The notes beneath the pieces are model-generated. The model ran no database searches and was not told the origin of the DNA. It saw only the letters and a list, made by a program, of their open reading frames with translations. Below, piece by piece: positions 46,901 to 61,179 of a DNA stretch of 64,000 nt. Each line of letters begins with the position of its first letter. Within the stretch, counting starts at the first letter, position 1. Source of the DNA: the human T2T-CHM13v2.0 reference genome, Homo sapiens; assembly GCF_009914755.1 (NCBI RefSeq), contig NC_060928.1; one strand, written 5' to 3'. The position numbers and the translations under genes were made by a program.

Positions 46901-49519
46901 AATAAATAACCATGATAACATTAATACATTTATTATGATGATAAAATATAGTGTGATTTTTTTCATGAAATGACTTCAGCATCAGTTTCAGGAACTATCC
47001 GAGATAGTTAATAGTTATTAACATTAAAGTACATTTAATGAAAATAAATTTAGGTCTCTATAGAAAGGGTTTACATTTTTCCAATATAGGAGTTACTAAA
47101 ATTCCTAAAGAGCAATTGTTAATTAATCGTGACTAAATTTCCATTTACTAACATTGAACACTTTAAAATAATTTAGAGTTTGTTCTTGGTACAAGTTTTA
47201 TAATCTACTTTAGTATTTCTTAAAGGGAAAATTACTTATCATCAGATAAAAGCCTCTATTTAGACTAAGGTAAAACTAGCAAAAAAATTAAAATATTTCT
47301 AAAATATCAAAACTGAGAATATTCAGAAATTTGGGCTTTTAGCGGAATTATTATTATTGCTTTATTATAGTTTCAAAAATGGAGTTTTGAGAAATAAGGG
47401 GCCAACATTTATAGACTCTAACAGTAATATATTAATAGTAGGATTCTTATTTATTCCATGCTCAATGATTTCAATGACAAATTATTCTCTTTTACTTAGT
47501 AGAAGAGTTTCTTTTCTTCTCCGCAGAAAACACCATACATTAAGTCCCAGTTCCTCAGACTGGGGGGTTTAGCATATATAATTACAAAAAGAAGGAATCC
47601 ACAGTAACAAATTAACATTTTGAGCTTGAGAAGAATTCCATGTCGGCTTTCCATTGCTGTTTCATCTCACTCTATCTAGCACATAGTAGGCACTCAATAA
47701 ATATTTGATAAAGAGATACATAAATCAATAAAACATGTTTGATGCAAATAAATGAATTCATTGTTACTTAGAAGCAGAAAAACGCCTATTAGAAATTTCA
47801 TTTTGTACAATATTGCTCTATTGGATGTTAATATAATACATAAAGCATAAAACAGTAATAATGACTAAAAAAGATAGACTCAGTCTGTTTATATAGCATT
47901 ATAATAAATTAAGAAGTTATTTGGCCCGCAGCTGTGATTTTTCTCACTAGAGTCAATTAAGCCAGCCATTGTGTATGAACACACCTTCAAATCTGTGTTT
48001 ACTTATAACCCATTTAGAAAACAGACTATCATTATATAAAATATTATTCAGATAAAGCAATCAATGATATAATTCTTCTCATTTTTAACAATGAACCTCA
48101 AATTTCTTGTACACATACATATACCGCCTGTTCTTACTAGCTAATAACCATTAAAAATAATTTTGATTTATCAGTTTCTAATAAAAATAATCCATTATTT
48201 TTATAGCAATATAAAAAAGAATATCAAGTTTTTGTTTTCTTCAATACTTGTCCTAAAGATAAGTTCTGCTTTACTGTAAAGTAGCAATTCTTTATTATTT
48301 TTATATTATAGTATACAAAGGAAATGATAATATTTCTCTGGGTACTGGCTTGACAAAGAAAGCTGCCCTTGACTGGGAGTCCCCACTGCTTCCCCAAGGC
48401 TGAAGACATTAACTTTTCTGCACAACTTTAAACCTTGGGGCAACAGGCCCCTGTGCCACAGCCCCTGGATAGAAAGTTCTAAGGTACTGCATCCTCCTGC
48501 TCCCCACCCTTTTCTAAAATCTCACAACAAACATGTCATGAGTTTAGCTGTAAAATTAGAGAGACTGTTTCTGAAGAAATAGAAGCAATAAGCAACAATG
48601 GAAGTTTATTTCTTTATTATGAGTAGTGAAATAGCAATAAAAATAACTTGATGAATAATATAACTACCTAGAAAACATTTTGAAATAAAAATGAAGTTTA
48701 TGAAAAACATCATCTTTAAAGGATGTTTATAGAATAAGAGAACTTTATTTAACTGCCATTCATGTTATGTACATAAGAAGAGTTAGTATAAAAACAAATA
48801 AACGGGCTATGGCTTGGAGTTATATAGAAACTCCAAATATTTACAATTTTAAATGTGTTAAAAGATTGGCAGAGGAAGGAGAGATTTTAAAGATAAATAC
48901 AGGTGGCAATTATTGAGTCATCTCAATGAAGCCACCTATAGTGCAGAATTTCTTTCAAGTCTGTAGCCTTTCGCATTTTCTCAAAGGTAATAGACCACCA
49001 AATATTTTAGATCTAAAGATTGTCCTCTTTTCCATAACTATGATAATATAATACAGGCTTGGGTAACTTATAAGCACTTAATAAAGAAAAACAAATTGGT
49101 GAAAGGGAAACAGAAACTTTGGCACATTTGAAGAGTCTCTGAACTCCTCAAATCAGGTCACTGTTTCTTAATGGAGCAAAGTCATTATATTACTTATTAT
49201 TCTTTTCAAAAATGACAGCAGCCTCTCCTAAAATCCTATAGAGTCAATGCTAAGACAGTTTTCCTAAACCAATTAGCCTTGTAGCTTTTGTTGTAGATAG
49301 TCTTACTGTTTTGTGTCTTACAGAACTTGCTGTTTAGTATCTTTGCAAGCCTAAATAAAAACATCAAATTTAAGAGATATTTAAATTGTTATAAATTTTC
49401 TAGCATAAATAAAATCTTATTAAAAGTCAAAGCAATTCAACAATTATATAATTCATGTACTTTGATTTCTAAAGTCCAGTCCAGTAACATGAGGATGAAA
49501 AATGATGATTGGGTTTGGA

Positions 49520-50450
49520 AAATTAAAATATATGTAAGTGTTGCCTTAATAAAAGCAGTTCTAATGTGGTGGTGAGGGAATAATCAGATTTCAGAGAACT
49601 AAAAAATTTAAGTAAGGAAGTGAAGACTACTTCTTTGCAAAGTTTGGATGAGAAAAGAAGAAAAAATGAATAATAACAGAGGTACTCCAGTGTCAAGGGA
49701 CACTTTATTAGAATAAGAGGGGCTGGAGCATCATCATATTCATGAGAAGGAACCATTAGAGGAGGTGAGTATGAAAGGGAGGGTGGGAGGCCGAAAAGTA
49801 GAGTCAAGTCTAGGCAAATTAGATTTTGGAATATTGATGGGATGGATGGACACATCTTCCTAGTCTAGGGAAAAGACTTTTAAGATTGGTCTAGAGATAG
49901 TTTACAGGTAGAGGGATAAACTATAATGAGAGTTTGTAACAAAATTGTGATAGGTACAGTTTTCTCAATAAATCAAGAAGTCATTAGCTGATAGAAGGAA
50001 AAGATTGAAGAGGGCACATAAGAAAAGCACCACATGTTTAAATAATTCATTGAAAAGATTGGGAAAGGGGGTAGATATTACAGTGACTAGACAAATTGGA
50101 GACCACAGGTTTGTAATGGTCTTTAAGTTTTTGTTATTATTCTTTGGCAGATTCAGCTACTAGGATATGGGAGCAGAGAAGGTGGATTGTGGCAACAGTG
50201 TAGGATCAGAATATTGTAGGTAATAGGTGAATAGACAGATATAAGAGTCAAGGATATTTGTGAGCAAGTAATTTGGGTAACCAGCCACAGGGTCTAGCCT
50301 GGGGGGGAAAAGGGAGCAGAGGAGGGATCCAAGGACTGGGAGCAGCCACATGGATCAAGAAAATGAGCACCATTAGCATAAATAGTAGGAGCTATTTAAA
50401 TTTAGATAGTATAGGAGATGGCCCATGGGGTAGGAAAGTTAAGGACAAAA
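49520..50450 (-). mobile_element. L2 fragments (diverged, purine-rich on +)
   Basis: AAAAGCAGTTCTAATGTGGTGGTGAGGG...AATCAGATT...GAAGTGAAGAC...CTTTGCAAAGTTTGG is typical antisense L2; boundaries approximate. Confidence 0.5.
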
Positions 50451-51744
50451 TAATGGGGGAATTCTAGCATTCAAGGAATATACAGACACAATTTGTCTTC
50501 TATTAATAATTGGTGGTGTTAGAGAAAACAATAATAATTTTTGAAATAATTATAAAATGTGAAGTCTGATGAACACACTCAGAGATCCCTTTCAAAATTT
50601 TTGCCATAGAGAATGTGAAACAGTTATATGGAAGAATCAGAGTAACTGCAAGGTAATTTTCTGTCAAATTCTATAAAGAAACTTTGAGGTTTATTCATGC
50701 CTTTCAGTTCATTTCATGACTGCGTGAAGGAGTAAGCATTAAGACACATGCTTAAGGTAAAGTGATTTTTTTTCTTTAAGTATTTTTATAGCTGTTTTAA
50801 GAACTTCTCCCGAAATACATAAAACAAAAATGTGAACACCCAACATCTAAATCCACCTCTGAACCCACCTTTGAAAAAGGATGGTGATTCCACTAAGGCA
50901 GAATAAGATGACTCAAAACTCCAGAGAGTGTGGGCACCACAGGCACTCACGAATGTGGGTGTCTGTTCATTAAGAGTAACAAATGAGCAAGGAGCCAGCA
51001 GGCTTTCCATGGGACATTTCTTTCAGCTTCTAAACCTCCGTAGGTGGCATACCTCAAAAGATAATTATTACAATTATTGCAATTAATTATTACAATTATA
51101 GTAATTATAATTGTATATATATAGTAATTATAATTGTAATAATTTCAAAGGAAGAAAAATATTCCTAAGATCTCTTAATAAAAACACAACCATAAAATCC
51201 CAACTATCCTTAGCATGAAAAACTAAACCTTTAAATCATGAATTCATTTCAATTTAAGAAATACTTACTGAGAAAATAATGTGTTTTAGACATGGAAAAA
51301 AGTGCCCGAAAGTATATACAAAGTTTGAAAAGAAGGATGTCCAAGGGAGTAAATCATAAAAGAAGAGGACCTACTTAGGAAAATAAACATAAACACTGTG
51401 AGGAAATGGTATTTTCCCTCTTGCCAGTACTCCTAAAATGCACTTGGCTGAGCAGTGCAGTAACAGGCATTGAAATAGATGCCATGCTTATACACGAACT
51501 GCTATGTGTGTTTTACCACTTTCAAAGGCAAATAATCAAAGCTGTATTTCCAAAGACCCATGTAAAGTAAAGAAGTGTGTGTGTTTGTGCATGTGTGATT
51601 CCACTGAATAATGTAGTCCAAACTGGATAAAGTAGAGCAGTGATAGGTAACAGAGATATGTTATACAATAATGATTCTTTTTTTCCTCACCTCCCTTTCT
51701 ATATCACAATCTCATCTTAAACAACATCACAAGCCCACAGGCAT

Positions 51745-51758
51745 GCACACACACACAC

Positions 51759-51799
<41 letters not shown>
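51745..51799 (+). repeat. (CA)n/(CATACA)n microsatellite
   Basis: Direct reading. Confidence 0.9.
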
Positions 51800-52304
51800 T
51801 TGTCATCTTCTCTAGCTTTAGTTTTCTTCATAGCACTTAGTACCTGAAACAATCTGTAACATAGTGATCTTGTCTGTCTCATTTACTGCTGATTCTCCAG
51901 AACCTCAGATAGGACTGGCGCATTGAATTCAGTGGATGAATGACAGAAAACACCATGCGCTGAGCTCCAGAGACAAGATATACCCACATTTGGCCCTTCA
52001 ATTACTGCACCACTGCCCTTTATTTCTTCACCCATAACTTAGTTTTTCTTTTGTTTCTGCTTTTTCCTACAAACAGATTTCAGAGCTTATATCAGAAGAT
52101 AAAGCAGAAGGAAAATATTGCAAATCATAATTTAGACCTGGAAACATAGCTTGAGAGTCATATGCAGATCTATGACAGGTAGCTGCTTGTGTGATTTTTG
52201 TTATGTGTTAGACCATAAGGTCAATGCTGTCAATCCGCCATGACCAACTGAAAGTGTTTCAAGAACAGTTTCAGAAATGTCATTTTTTTAAAATCACAGT
52301 TTAT

Positions 52305-52601
52305 GTTAGTTCCTCTTAACTTTGAGAGAAACATTCTAAAACCCCCAGTGGATGCCTGAAACCACAAATGTTACCAAACCCTATATACAATATGACTTTT
52401 CCTATACATATATACTTATAATAAAGTTTAATTTATAAATTAGGCACAGTAATAAATAGCAATAACTAATTATACATATACTGTAGTAAGTTATGTGAAT
52501 GTGCTCTTACTCTCTCTTCTCTCAGAAAAATTGTGTTGTACTACACTGCAGGTAACTGAAACCACACAAAGCAAAACCATAGATAAGGAGAGATATCTGT
52601 A
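52305..52601. mobile_element. Tigger-family MITE (MER44-like)
   Basis: ACCCCCAGTGGATGCCTGAAACC...AAAGTTTAATTTATAAATTAGGCACAGTAA...GTAACTGAAACCAC...GATAAGG...CTGTA. Confidence 0.8.
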
Positions 52602-52989
52602 TGCAAATAAAAATACTGTTAAATGCTGCATATTAATCACTGCCCATGTGTTAAACCAGTCCTTACTATTTCTTTTGTGTAATTCAATATACAGTGATCA
52701 TAAAAATCAAAAAAATGTGTTCAATATCACACAAAAATTCATGGCACATACTATGTTCCAGGCCCTCTTCTAAACACTTTGGATGCAGCACCATCGGTTT
52801 CTGCCTTGAAGAAAGGCATATTTAAATAGAGAATAAAAAACAAATAAGAACTATATCATATATGTTTATATATGAACTGTTTGATGGTGGTAAGTGATAT
52901 GAAGAAAAATAAGGCAAGAGAGAGAGTGGCACTAAATGATCTCAGGAAGGCACTGTCAGCCAGATCTTGTAAGGATTTGTAGGTTATAA

Positions 52990-53327
52990 TAAGGTCCAAA
53001 ATCTTTGCTCACAATTTTAAAATCCTAAAAGTTTTGACAACCAAAAGTCACTCCCTCCTGCTACTAAACTGTCTAAACATAAAATATCATGTTAGAGTAA
53101 AACTAGATCTGATCTGATGTGAGGCTATTTGCAGTCTTTAATTGTTTCTCCTTTTGCTGTGAAAATTTAAGACATATAAATATCCCACATGGCCCCAGAA
53201 CTCCAGTGGGCAATCCGCATAATAGAAAATATGTTCTATGCATTGCATTAACTCTAAAAATCTTCAAAATTGTTAATATCAAAATGCATGTGGTTCCAAA
53301 GTTTTCAGATTCGAGGTTATACCTGTA
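52990..53327. mobile_element. Tigger15a-like DNA transposon fragment nested in an L2
   Basis: AGGTCCAAAATC...TGAGGCTATTT...TTTCAGAT...ACCTGTA, with L2-like sequence on both sides. Confidence 0.6.
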
Positions 53328-53758
53328 TGAACTTGGCTTTCACTCAAGCAAACTGGTAAAACATTAGTGTTCGAACAAAGAGACATGATCTGGATTATGT
53401 TTTACTATGATGATTCTTACTAGTGTATATACATTAGAGAATTTTATTATCAAATTTAAAAATTTTCAATGATAGTAAAATTATTATAAGTGTATAAAGC
53501 AACAGATCCCCAAATGAGACATAATGAGGTACCAAGGGAGTCTATAAATGCAGAAATGAAGTGGAGAGTGATGAGATCCTTATAGGTGATGGCAAATTGA
53601 TCATTCAGTTTGGAGCTGTGGTAGTGAGCAGGTACCTTGAACTACATTTTGACTTAAGGGGAGGAAAGAAAGAAGAAGAAGAAACAGAATTGCCAACTTA
53701 CAGGGAAAAAGTCCTAAGATTTGAGCCATCAGTGTAAACCATTAAAAGCTGACACACA

Positions 53759-54125
<367 letters not shown>

Positions 54126-56777
54126 TCAATAGTAGAGAGAGTAGAAAAAGTCCCTCGTATTCCCGCTTTTTGGAAATAACCACTGAGTTTCAGCAATCAA
54201 AAATCTTCATGTGCTCCATGTCAAGTACATGCACACATACATTATGATTTTCCATAGTTCTGGTACACACTGTGGATTCTTCTTGTAGGAGTGAATTCCA
54301 GAGAAGGAGACTTATGTTATGACTTATGTTATGACCAAGCTAAGAAAATCGTTGTCAATATTTCTCAGAAGTACATTTTTTTAAAGTTAGTATCCAAATG
54401 CATTTGGTGAGTTTCTATGAAAACCAATACATTAAATTATTTGGAAGCAATAAGATATATAAGCCAAATCATACACTCATTCTTTACTACTTTTTCCTAA
54501 AAATGAAATGAAATTCAACCATCTCATTTAAAATCAAGTTTCATTTGTCCGTTCACTATGTAGTACTTGATAGAGAGTCCTTCAGAGATGCCTAAAATAG
54601 TATCTGGAAAGTAACAGAAAATGAAAGAAACAGAAACCATTGCAATTCAACACTTCTAATCCATTAGATCTTTACTGATCACCCACTGTGGGGCAGGCAT
54701 AGTACTAGGGACTCTGAATAAAAAAATCAAATAAAACCTAATGTCTGTCATTCGTCCTTTTCACTTACATGCACAGAACATTTATTTGCTTTAAATTAAA
54801 ACTTTACGTAAATTACTTACCCTTAGGATATGTTTTATCAAACATTTCAACACGGAATCACCTTTACTTTGAAGACATTCTCAATTTGAATTTTCTTAAC
54901 AGAAACAATTACAGGTTCTTACGGTCATTTTCCTCTATGAATTCCTTATGTCTAACTTTATATCTGCAGACAACAAAAATTTATTTAGATCAAGAAATAT
55001 CTAGCTGAATGGTGTGAATCCTGATTTTGATTGTTAGTAGAAGATAATGATGAACACAAAAATTGTCATTGGCTTTTGGGCTGTAAAAACTAAGTCTCAT
55101 TAATTCCCAGTGTGACCCCATAAAAAAAAAATTCTAGTATTCTCACAGGTAGCCATTGCCCTGGGAGCAGAGAAATGTGGTAAAAGAGGAACTCCGTGTC
55201 CAAGCTCATCTCTGTCCTAGGAACCAGTTTTTTCTGAACCCAGCAGAAATGCCAAAAGTCACTGAAAATGGAAAAATAAAATGGTAGGGAGAACACAGGA
55301 TCAATTATTGATGCTTTTGGTCCAAATTTAATAGACCAGGTCAAGAGAATAAGTGACCTCACCAAGGGAGAGATGTAAACAGAAATCAACTAGAACAAGC
55401 TGGTGAATATAAAAATAAAGAGGGTCCAAGAAGGGAAGGAAAGTAGAGTCACTATACTATGAAGAGAATTGAAACAAGAACCTCCCAGGAAGGCAAAGGA
55501 GAAGAGTTTTAAGAGAAGATATAAATCTAGAATCACAAATTTACAAACAGGTCAAGATATGGACTGATAAAGTTAGTGCAGTTACTTATCATACAGTTCT
55601 TGGTCTTTGCTGTATGCAACTAGTACAAATATTATGAAACACTTACCCAATAAATCCTCCTAAATTGAATAATATTAATAGTATATAGAAACAAGTTCTG
55701 TCAGGAAAAACAGGAATTTTCTGTTTGTTTCTTTGGCATGCAAAAGTAATTTTGTGCTTTGTACAAAAGTAGAACTTTGTACCAGTACAAATTACAACTT
55801 TGTGCTGGTCTGTACTCTTTCAACTACAAGCACTAATCATTTTGAGGAAACAATTGCACACATTGAGAGCAAGATTACAATCTCTTTCATCCATTAATTT
55901 GTTTTTGACCTGCTGAAAGGCAAGACTACCTAAGAGTCTTTTTGTCTACAAAAACATCTGAAGTATATGCAGCCATATATGCCATGTTCAATGGATTGGA
56001 CTAATGGGATCTCTGACAAAATAGCAATTTTTTTCTGTTATTTTTCTTTTCATTCTGAGTTCTATATGAAAAACAATGAAGACTGGCTTAATGTGTTAAA
56101 TACTTGCAGAGATAAAATGCAGAGCGATGTAGACTTCAAAAAGGGTTTGAGTTACTTATAAGTGAAAACACCAAAGAACAAGGAGAGGAAATGAGTAATG
56201 GTGCAGAAAGAATAGCAGGGAAGAAATCACTGAAAGAATAGTCTCTACAACGTTCTAATTGCAATGAATCAGAACTCCTGGTAATAAATGTCTTAAAGTA
56301 TCTTTGGATGTATATTGAGCTACCAGTGTAAGCCGTTAAAAGTTGGCATAAAAATGCCATGACTATTTTTTATTACAAAGTAATAAATACTACCTTGTAC
56401 ATGTGTGCCGTATGTGTGTATTCAGCTGCAGGTTCATTTTTGAGAAGAATAAATACATAGATATCTTTGATTTGTTCATAATCGAAATGGAGGTGGAAAA
56501 ATAGGAGAAACTTTAATTGATAAATCTTTTTTTCAGATACTCTAATTGACCCAGCTATGAACTCTAAGCTTATATATCAACATTCTAGTTATATAACTAA
56601 TATCAGTAATATCAAGCATAATAATGGCTTTCATTTATTAAGTGCTTACTGTGTGTCAGATACTGTAAAAGATACATAATAACATTACTGCCAACATTTG
56701 GTATATAGCTACCATTATGTTTATTTTACCGATAAGGAAACTTAGTCAGTATAAAGAGCAGTAAATTCCCTGGAGTC

Positions 56778-57330
56778 GGATCTAGAACTAGAAATACCAT
56801 TTGACCCAGCCATCCCATTACCGGGTATATACCCAAAGGATTATAAAACATGCTGCTATAAAGACACATGCACACGTATGTTTATTGCGGCACTATTCAC
56901 AATAGCAAAGACTTGGAACCAACCCAAATGTCCAACAATGATAGACTGGATTAAGAAAATGTGGCACATATACACCATGGAATACTATGCAGCCAGAAAA
57001 AATGATGAGTTCATGTCCTTTGTAGGGACATGGATGAAGCTGGAAACCATCATTCTCAGCAAACTATCGCAAGGACAAAAAACCAAACACTGCATGTTCT
57101 CACTCATAGGTGGGAATTGAACAATGAGAACACATGGACACAGGAAGGGGAACATCACACACTGGGGCCTGTTGTGGGGCAGGGGCAAGGGGGAGGGATA
57201 GCATTAGGAGATATACCTAATGTTAAATGATGAGTTAATGGGTGCAGCACACCAACATGGCACATGTATACATATGTAACAAACCTGCACATTGTGCACA
57301 TGTACCCTAAAACTTAAAGTATTAAAAAAA
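56778..57330 (+). mobile_element. 5'-truncated L1PA (L1PA3-5-like) inserted into a MIR
   Basis: ORF2 C-terminus + 3' UTR + short A tail. TSD AAATTCCCTGGAGTC / AAATTCCCTAGAGTC at 56763-56777 and 57331-57345. Flanks read as a split MIR. Confidence 0.95.
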
Positions 57331-58619
57331 AAATTCCCTAGAGTCACACAACTTGGTAAGAACTTTAAGAGCAGGAACTTCATCTTTCTTTTGCACGATT
57401 GCATCCCAGAAGCAAGGACAGTGCCTGGCGCATATTAAATAACACCATTAAAATGGTGCATATTAAATAGCACCATTTAATAGCAAAATGTCTGACACTT
57501 ACAATCCATGTGGCCCCAAAGCATGTGTTTCTTCTGCCAATGCCATACTTTCTACTATGCCATAATACTATTTTAAATTAAAGATAACTAAACCTAAAGT
57601 AAAGCAGATCAAAATGTATATTTTTCAAAAGAAAAAAGTAAATAAAAAATAAAAAGCACTTTAATTGTACATTAAAAAGAGGCAATTATTTTTAGCTGTA
57701 ATTTTGTTTTAATTAACTGTGTGAAAACATTGAAATTTGCACTCCTTTCGAAACACATAATTATAGAAGTTGAACGTTATACTTAATAAAGAGCATCACT
57801 CAATGAATGGCAGGGACTTTCACTGATACAAACAAAGAGTAACAATAGAAATACAATTAAAACCAATCAATTTGTTCATTGCAGTTGTTACGTATATATA
57901 CAGTTCATTGTTTTATGGGGCTTGTTGTATTGTTTCTCTTGATCCAAAAAATATTCATGCTATCCATTACCTTCTGCTGGATCTCTAATCAAATAAAATG
58001 GGAACTATCAGGAAAAATAAGTAAAAAGAGAACAGGAAGAAAATGAAAAATTATAGAAAAGCTATAACCCATGGATCTACTAAGAAACATTATTGAGTAT
58101 TTTTTGTCCTACAAAATTTAAAAGGAGTTGTGCTAGAATGCAATTCCTTGGTTCCCCAGAACTTCTAGGAGGGATTTTAGATGAACAGAAAAAAAAAAAA
58201 AAGGAGAAACTGTTATTTTATTAGAGATTCCATTCACCCAATCCATTGAATGTGACTTGACAGCCTGTACTTCAGATTTTTTTTAATATAAAAAGACCCA
58301 ATTATCTTGCCTTTCAGCAGGTCAAAAATAAATTGCTGAGGTAAAATATACAGTACTCTTTGAATCACATGAAGGCATAGTTATTCTCCTTTTAACTCTG
58401 TTAAATCATGTAAATTAATTTTTAAAATTTCCTAATATGTTTTTAAAACTTATCTAACACCTGTTAATCTTTTTAGTAGAAAAAAAGAACATTTTTTTCT
58501 AGAGCCTTCAATGTCCAGAAATATTTTTTCTCCTTGTAGCCCCAACACACAACACAGAGTACAGCACATAAAAGGAGCTCAATATATGTTTCTCAAATGA
58601 AGATGGAGATGAATAATTC

Positions 58620-58679
<60 letters not shown>
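58620..58679 (+). repeat. (AGAT)15 perfect tetranucleotide STR
   Basis: Direct reading. Confidence 0.97.
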
Positions 58680-61179
58680 CTTGGACTCAATGTACCTTTA
58701 GTATGACCCAGCTAACTGCCATCTCCTGAACTAAGTACTGTAGCTATAATTGTACAGTAAAACAAACATTATGGCAGATCATAGAAAAGCCAAATATGTT
58801 TGCTTTCTAAGAGATGCCTCTTGACTTTCCAAAAGCCTTCAATACCCAAAAGAAGGAAGCTCTGCTGGTAGAAAGATTAGAAATTGGCTCATATTTGAAA
58901 TCATGAAGACTTGGCCTATAATCCTCCAAAGCCCATTGTGAACATCATTAGCATTCCTCTCTGCAACATTAGCCCAGTCTGAGTTAGTCTTCTTTCACAT
59001 ATTTCAATATATAAATTTTTTACTAATTTATATGCTGATAGAATGTATCAACTGATAGAATCATTTTTTTCTTCCTATTCCCCTTCCATGTAAATCTTTG
59101 GTGTACTCATACAGATAAGAAAATTCAGGATCCAGATAATCAGGAATCCACTGAAGAAAGGTATGGTCCATTCAAGAATGCAATGCTCATTAGACAGTTT
59201 TGTCATTTCTAGTCAATCATTAAAATTTACACTAAGGCTGCTTTTGTTTTTCTCTCAAAAGTTTGTGTTTTTAAAAATCTTTCAATTATCTATGTATTTT
59301 ATTGGTTATGCAACCTCATCTCCAATTCCAAAGGGTAATTGAGAGTTAATGGTAGATTGGAATTTTATGTATTATACAGTTAGCCCAATAAGAAAAATGA
59401 GTCAGACACCATTAGCTCTTATCCACACTAACCAGTCAGTAAGAATTCCTTATTAATTGTCAGAAAAGTATAACCAAAATCACAGAAAGAGAATTAAACA
59501 TTCGGGTAAGTTTTTTTCTAGCTTCAATTTTTACTTTTAATAGCAAAATGTGTGACGCATGCAAGTAACTATACAGTGTTTATAAATCACATTTTGTACT
59601 TGTATAAGAATGTTTTAAGTATTCCCAGACAACTTCTGTTACTAGTAAGTTAAAATATTTGACAAGCAGAAGCTGGATATTTTTAGAAAGTCTTTTAAAT
59701 ATGTTTTTCCTTTGCACGGTTCTGAACCACAGAGGCAGCTCAGCTGGCTGAGAAAACGGCATCATTGGGTCTTTTGTGCACTAGTCATTGAAGGTCATCC
59801 AAACCCTGCTCAAGTAGCAGCTCAGAAATGCCCCAGTTGAAGAGGGCTTGGGAGGTTAATTCTGTCATTACTGTGTTGACATGAGGCATGTTGCAGCGTT
59901 CAGCGCAAAATGTTACTTGTAATCTTTTAATCCCAAATTAGGTCAATATTTTATCAAGTTAATCTAGCATGAAGATTAATTGTATTAGTTACACACACAT
60001 ATACACATGCAGGTTATTTGTTTTAGAAATACTTTTAATCAAAGAGCAAACCTTAGGTTACAATAGGCAATTTTTCACCCCGAAAACTGTAGCACACCTT
60101 TTAAAAATTATCCTTTCCCCAACAATATTTATCTTTATAAAAGAGATATTTATTCTTTTAATTGATCTTTAGTCACGAGTGATGTTAGAGAAAGGGTAAT
60201 GGTCTTATAATCACTGAAACAATGACCATTTAGAAAAACTGTTTATGAAGAAGTGACTTCTGATTGAAATGTTTTTAATAAAGTATCTCATCCTTTGGCC
60301 TATTTCAATTTAATTCTATTTGTTTTCTTAAAATGTGTGATTAGTCCTGTAAAGAAAACAAAAATACTTTTCTGTGTTTACTTCTTTGTATCTCTAAGCA
60401 CGCTTAAAAATATTATAACAAGGAACATGAACTATAGTGGTTTCTAGAAAGTTATATGTAGTTTTATTCCATTATAAAAATTGAAATTGGGAGTCTTCCT
60501 TCCCTCCCTTTCTTTTTTAACCTAAAAAGTAGAGCTTAGGGGGTGGGAAGGTGGAGATATATTGATCCAAGTGGCATAAATCTGCTAACAGAAGTCATTA
60601 GAGACAACAAACGCCTTTCTCACTCAGTTTCTTAGATAAGAACTATCTGGTAGTTTAAAATTCCCAGGCGTCATTCTGGGTAGTTTTGCAAGCCCTGCTA
60701 AATGGCAACACAGAGTTCATGCCCTGTTTCATCAATATCCAATGACATTCTCCAAAGGTTATGCTAATTATAAAGATTTCACAGACAATGTTTGAGATGA
60801 TTACATTACATCTCAAAATTTTAGCTCTTATCTTTAAATATTGGATTTCTGGCATTCTTTGTTAGTGGAAAATGATAGGTAAAAGGACCCAAGAATATTT
60901 TCTTGTGATTAGCCCTTTGAATTCATTAACACATTAAAATCAAATCCTTCATGTGAAGAATAAGTAACAAAAGATGTCAGTATCAGACACCTCTAAGAAG
61001 AGGATCGTTGACTATATTTGGAAGTAAAATTCACAATCCTGAATGTCAACATTACAGTTATAAAGTTGAGGTAGCCATGCTAAAGAAACATGCCAAACAA
61101 TTCTTTATTTTTCCACTGCCTACAGTGTAATATTCTTCTCACAATAAATATGAAGAAAAACACACTTCAATTTGCAGTA

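Noticed and set aside
60277-60291. 15-bp match AATAAAGTATCTCAT to the sequence immediately after the L1HS tail (5882-5896, putative TSD)
   Set aside because: A true TSD partner must flank the 5' end of the L1, upstream of the window. Homology does not extend on either side, and the motif is AT-rich and was spotted post hoc. Most likely chance.
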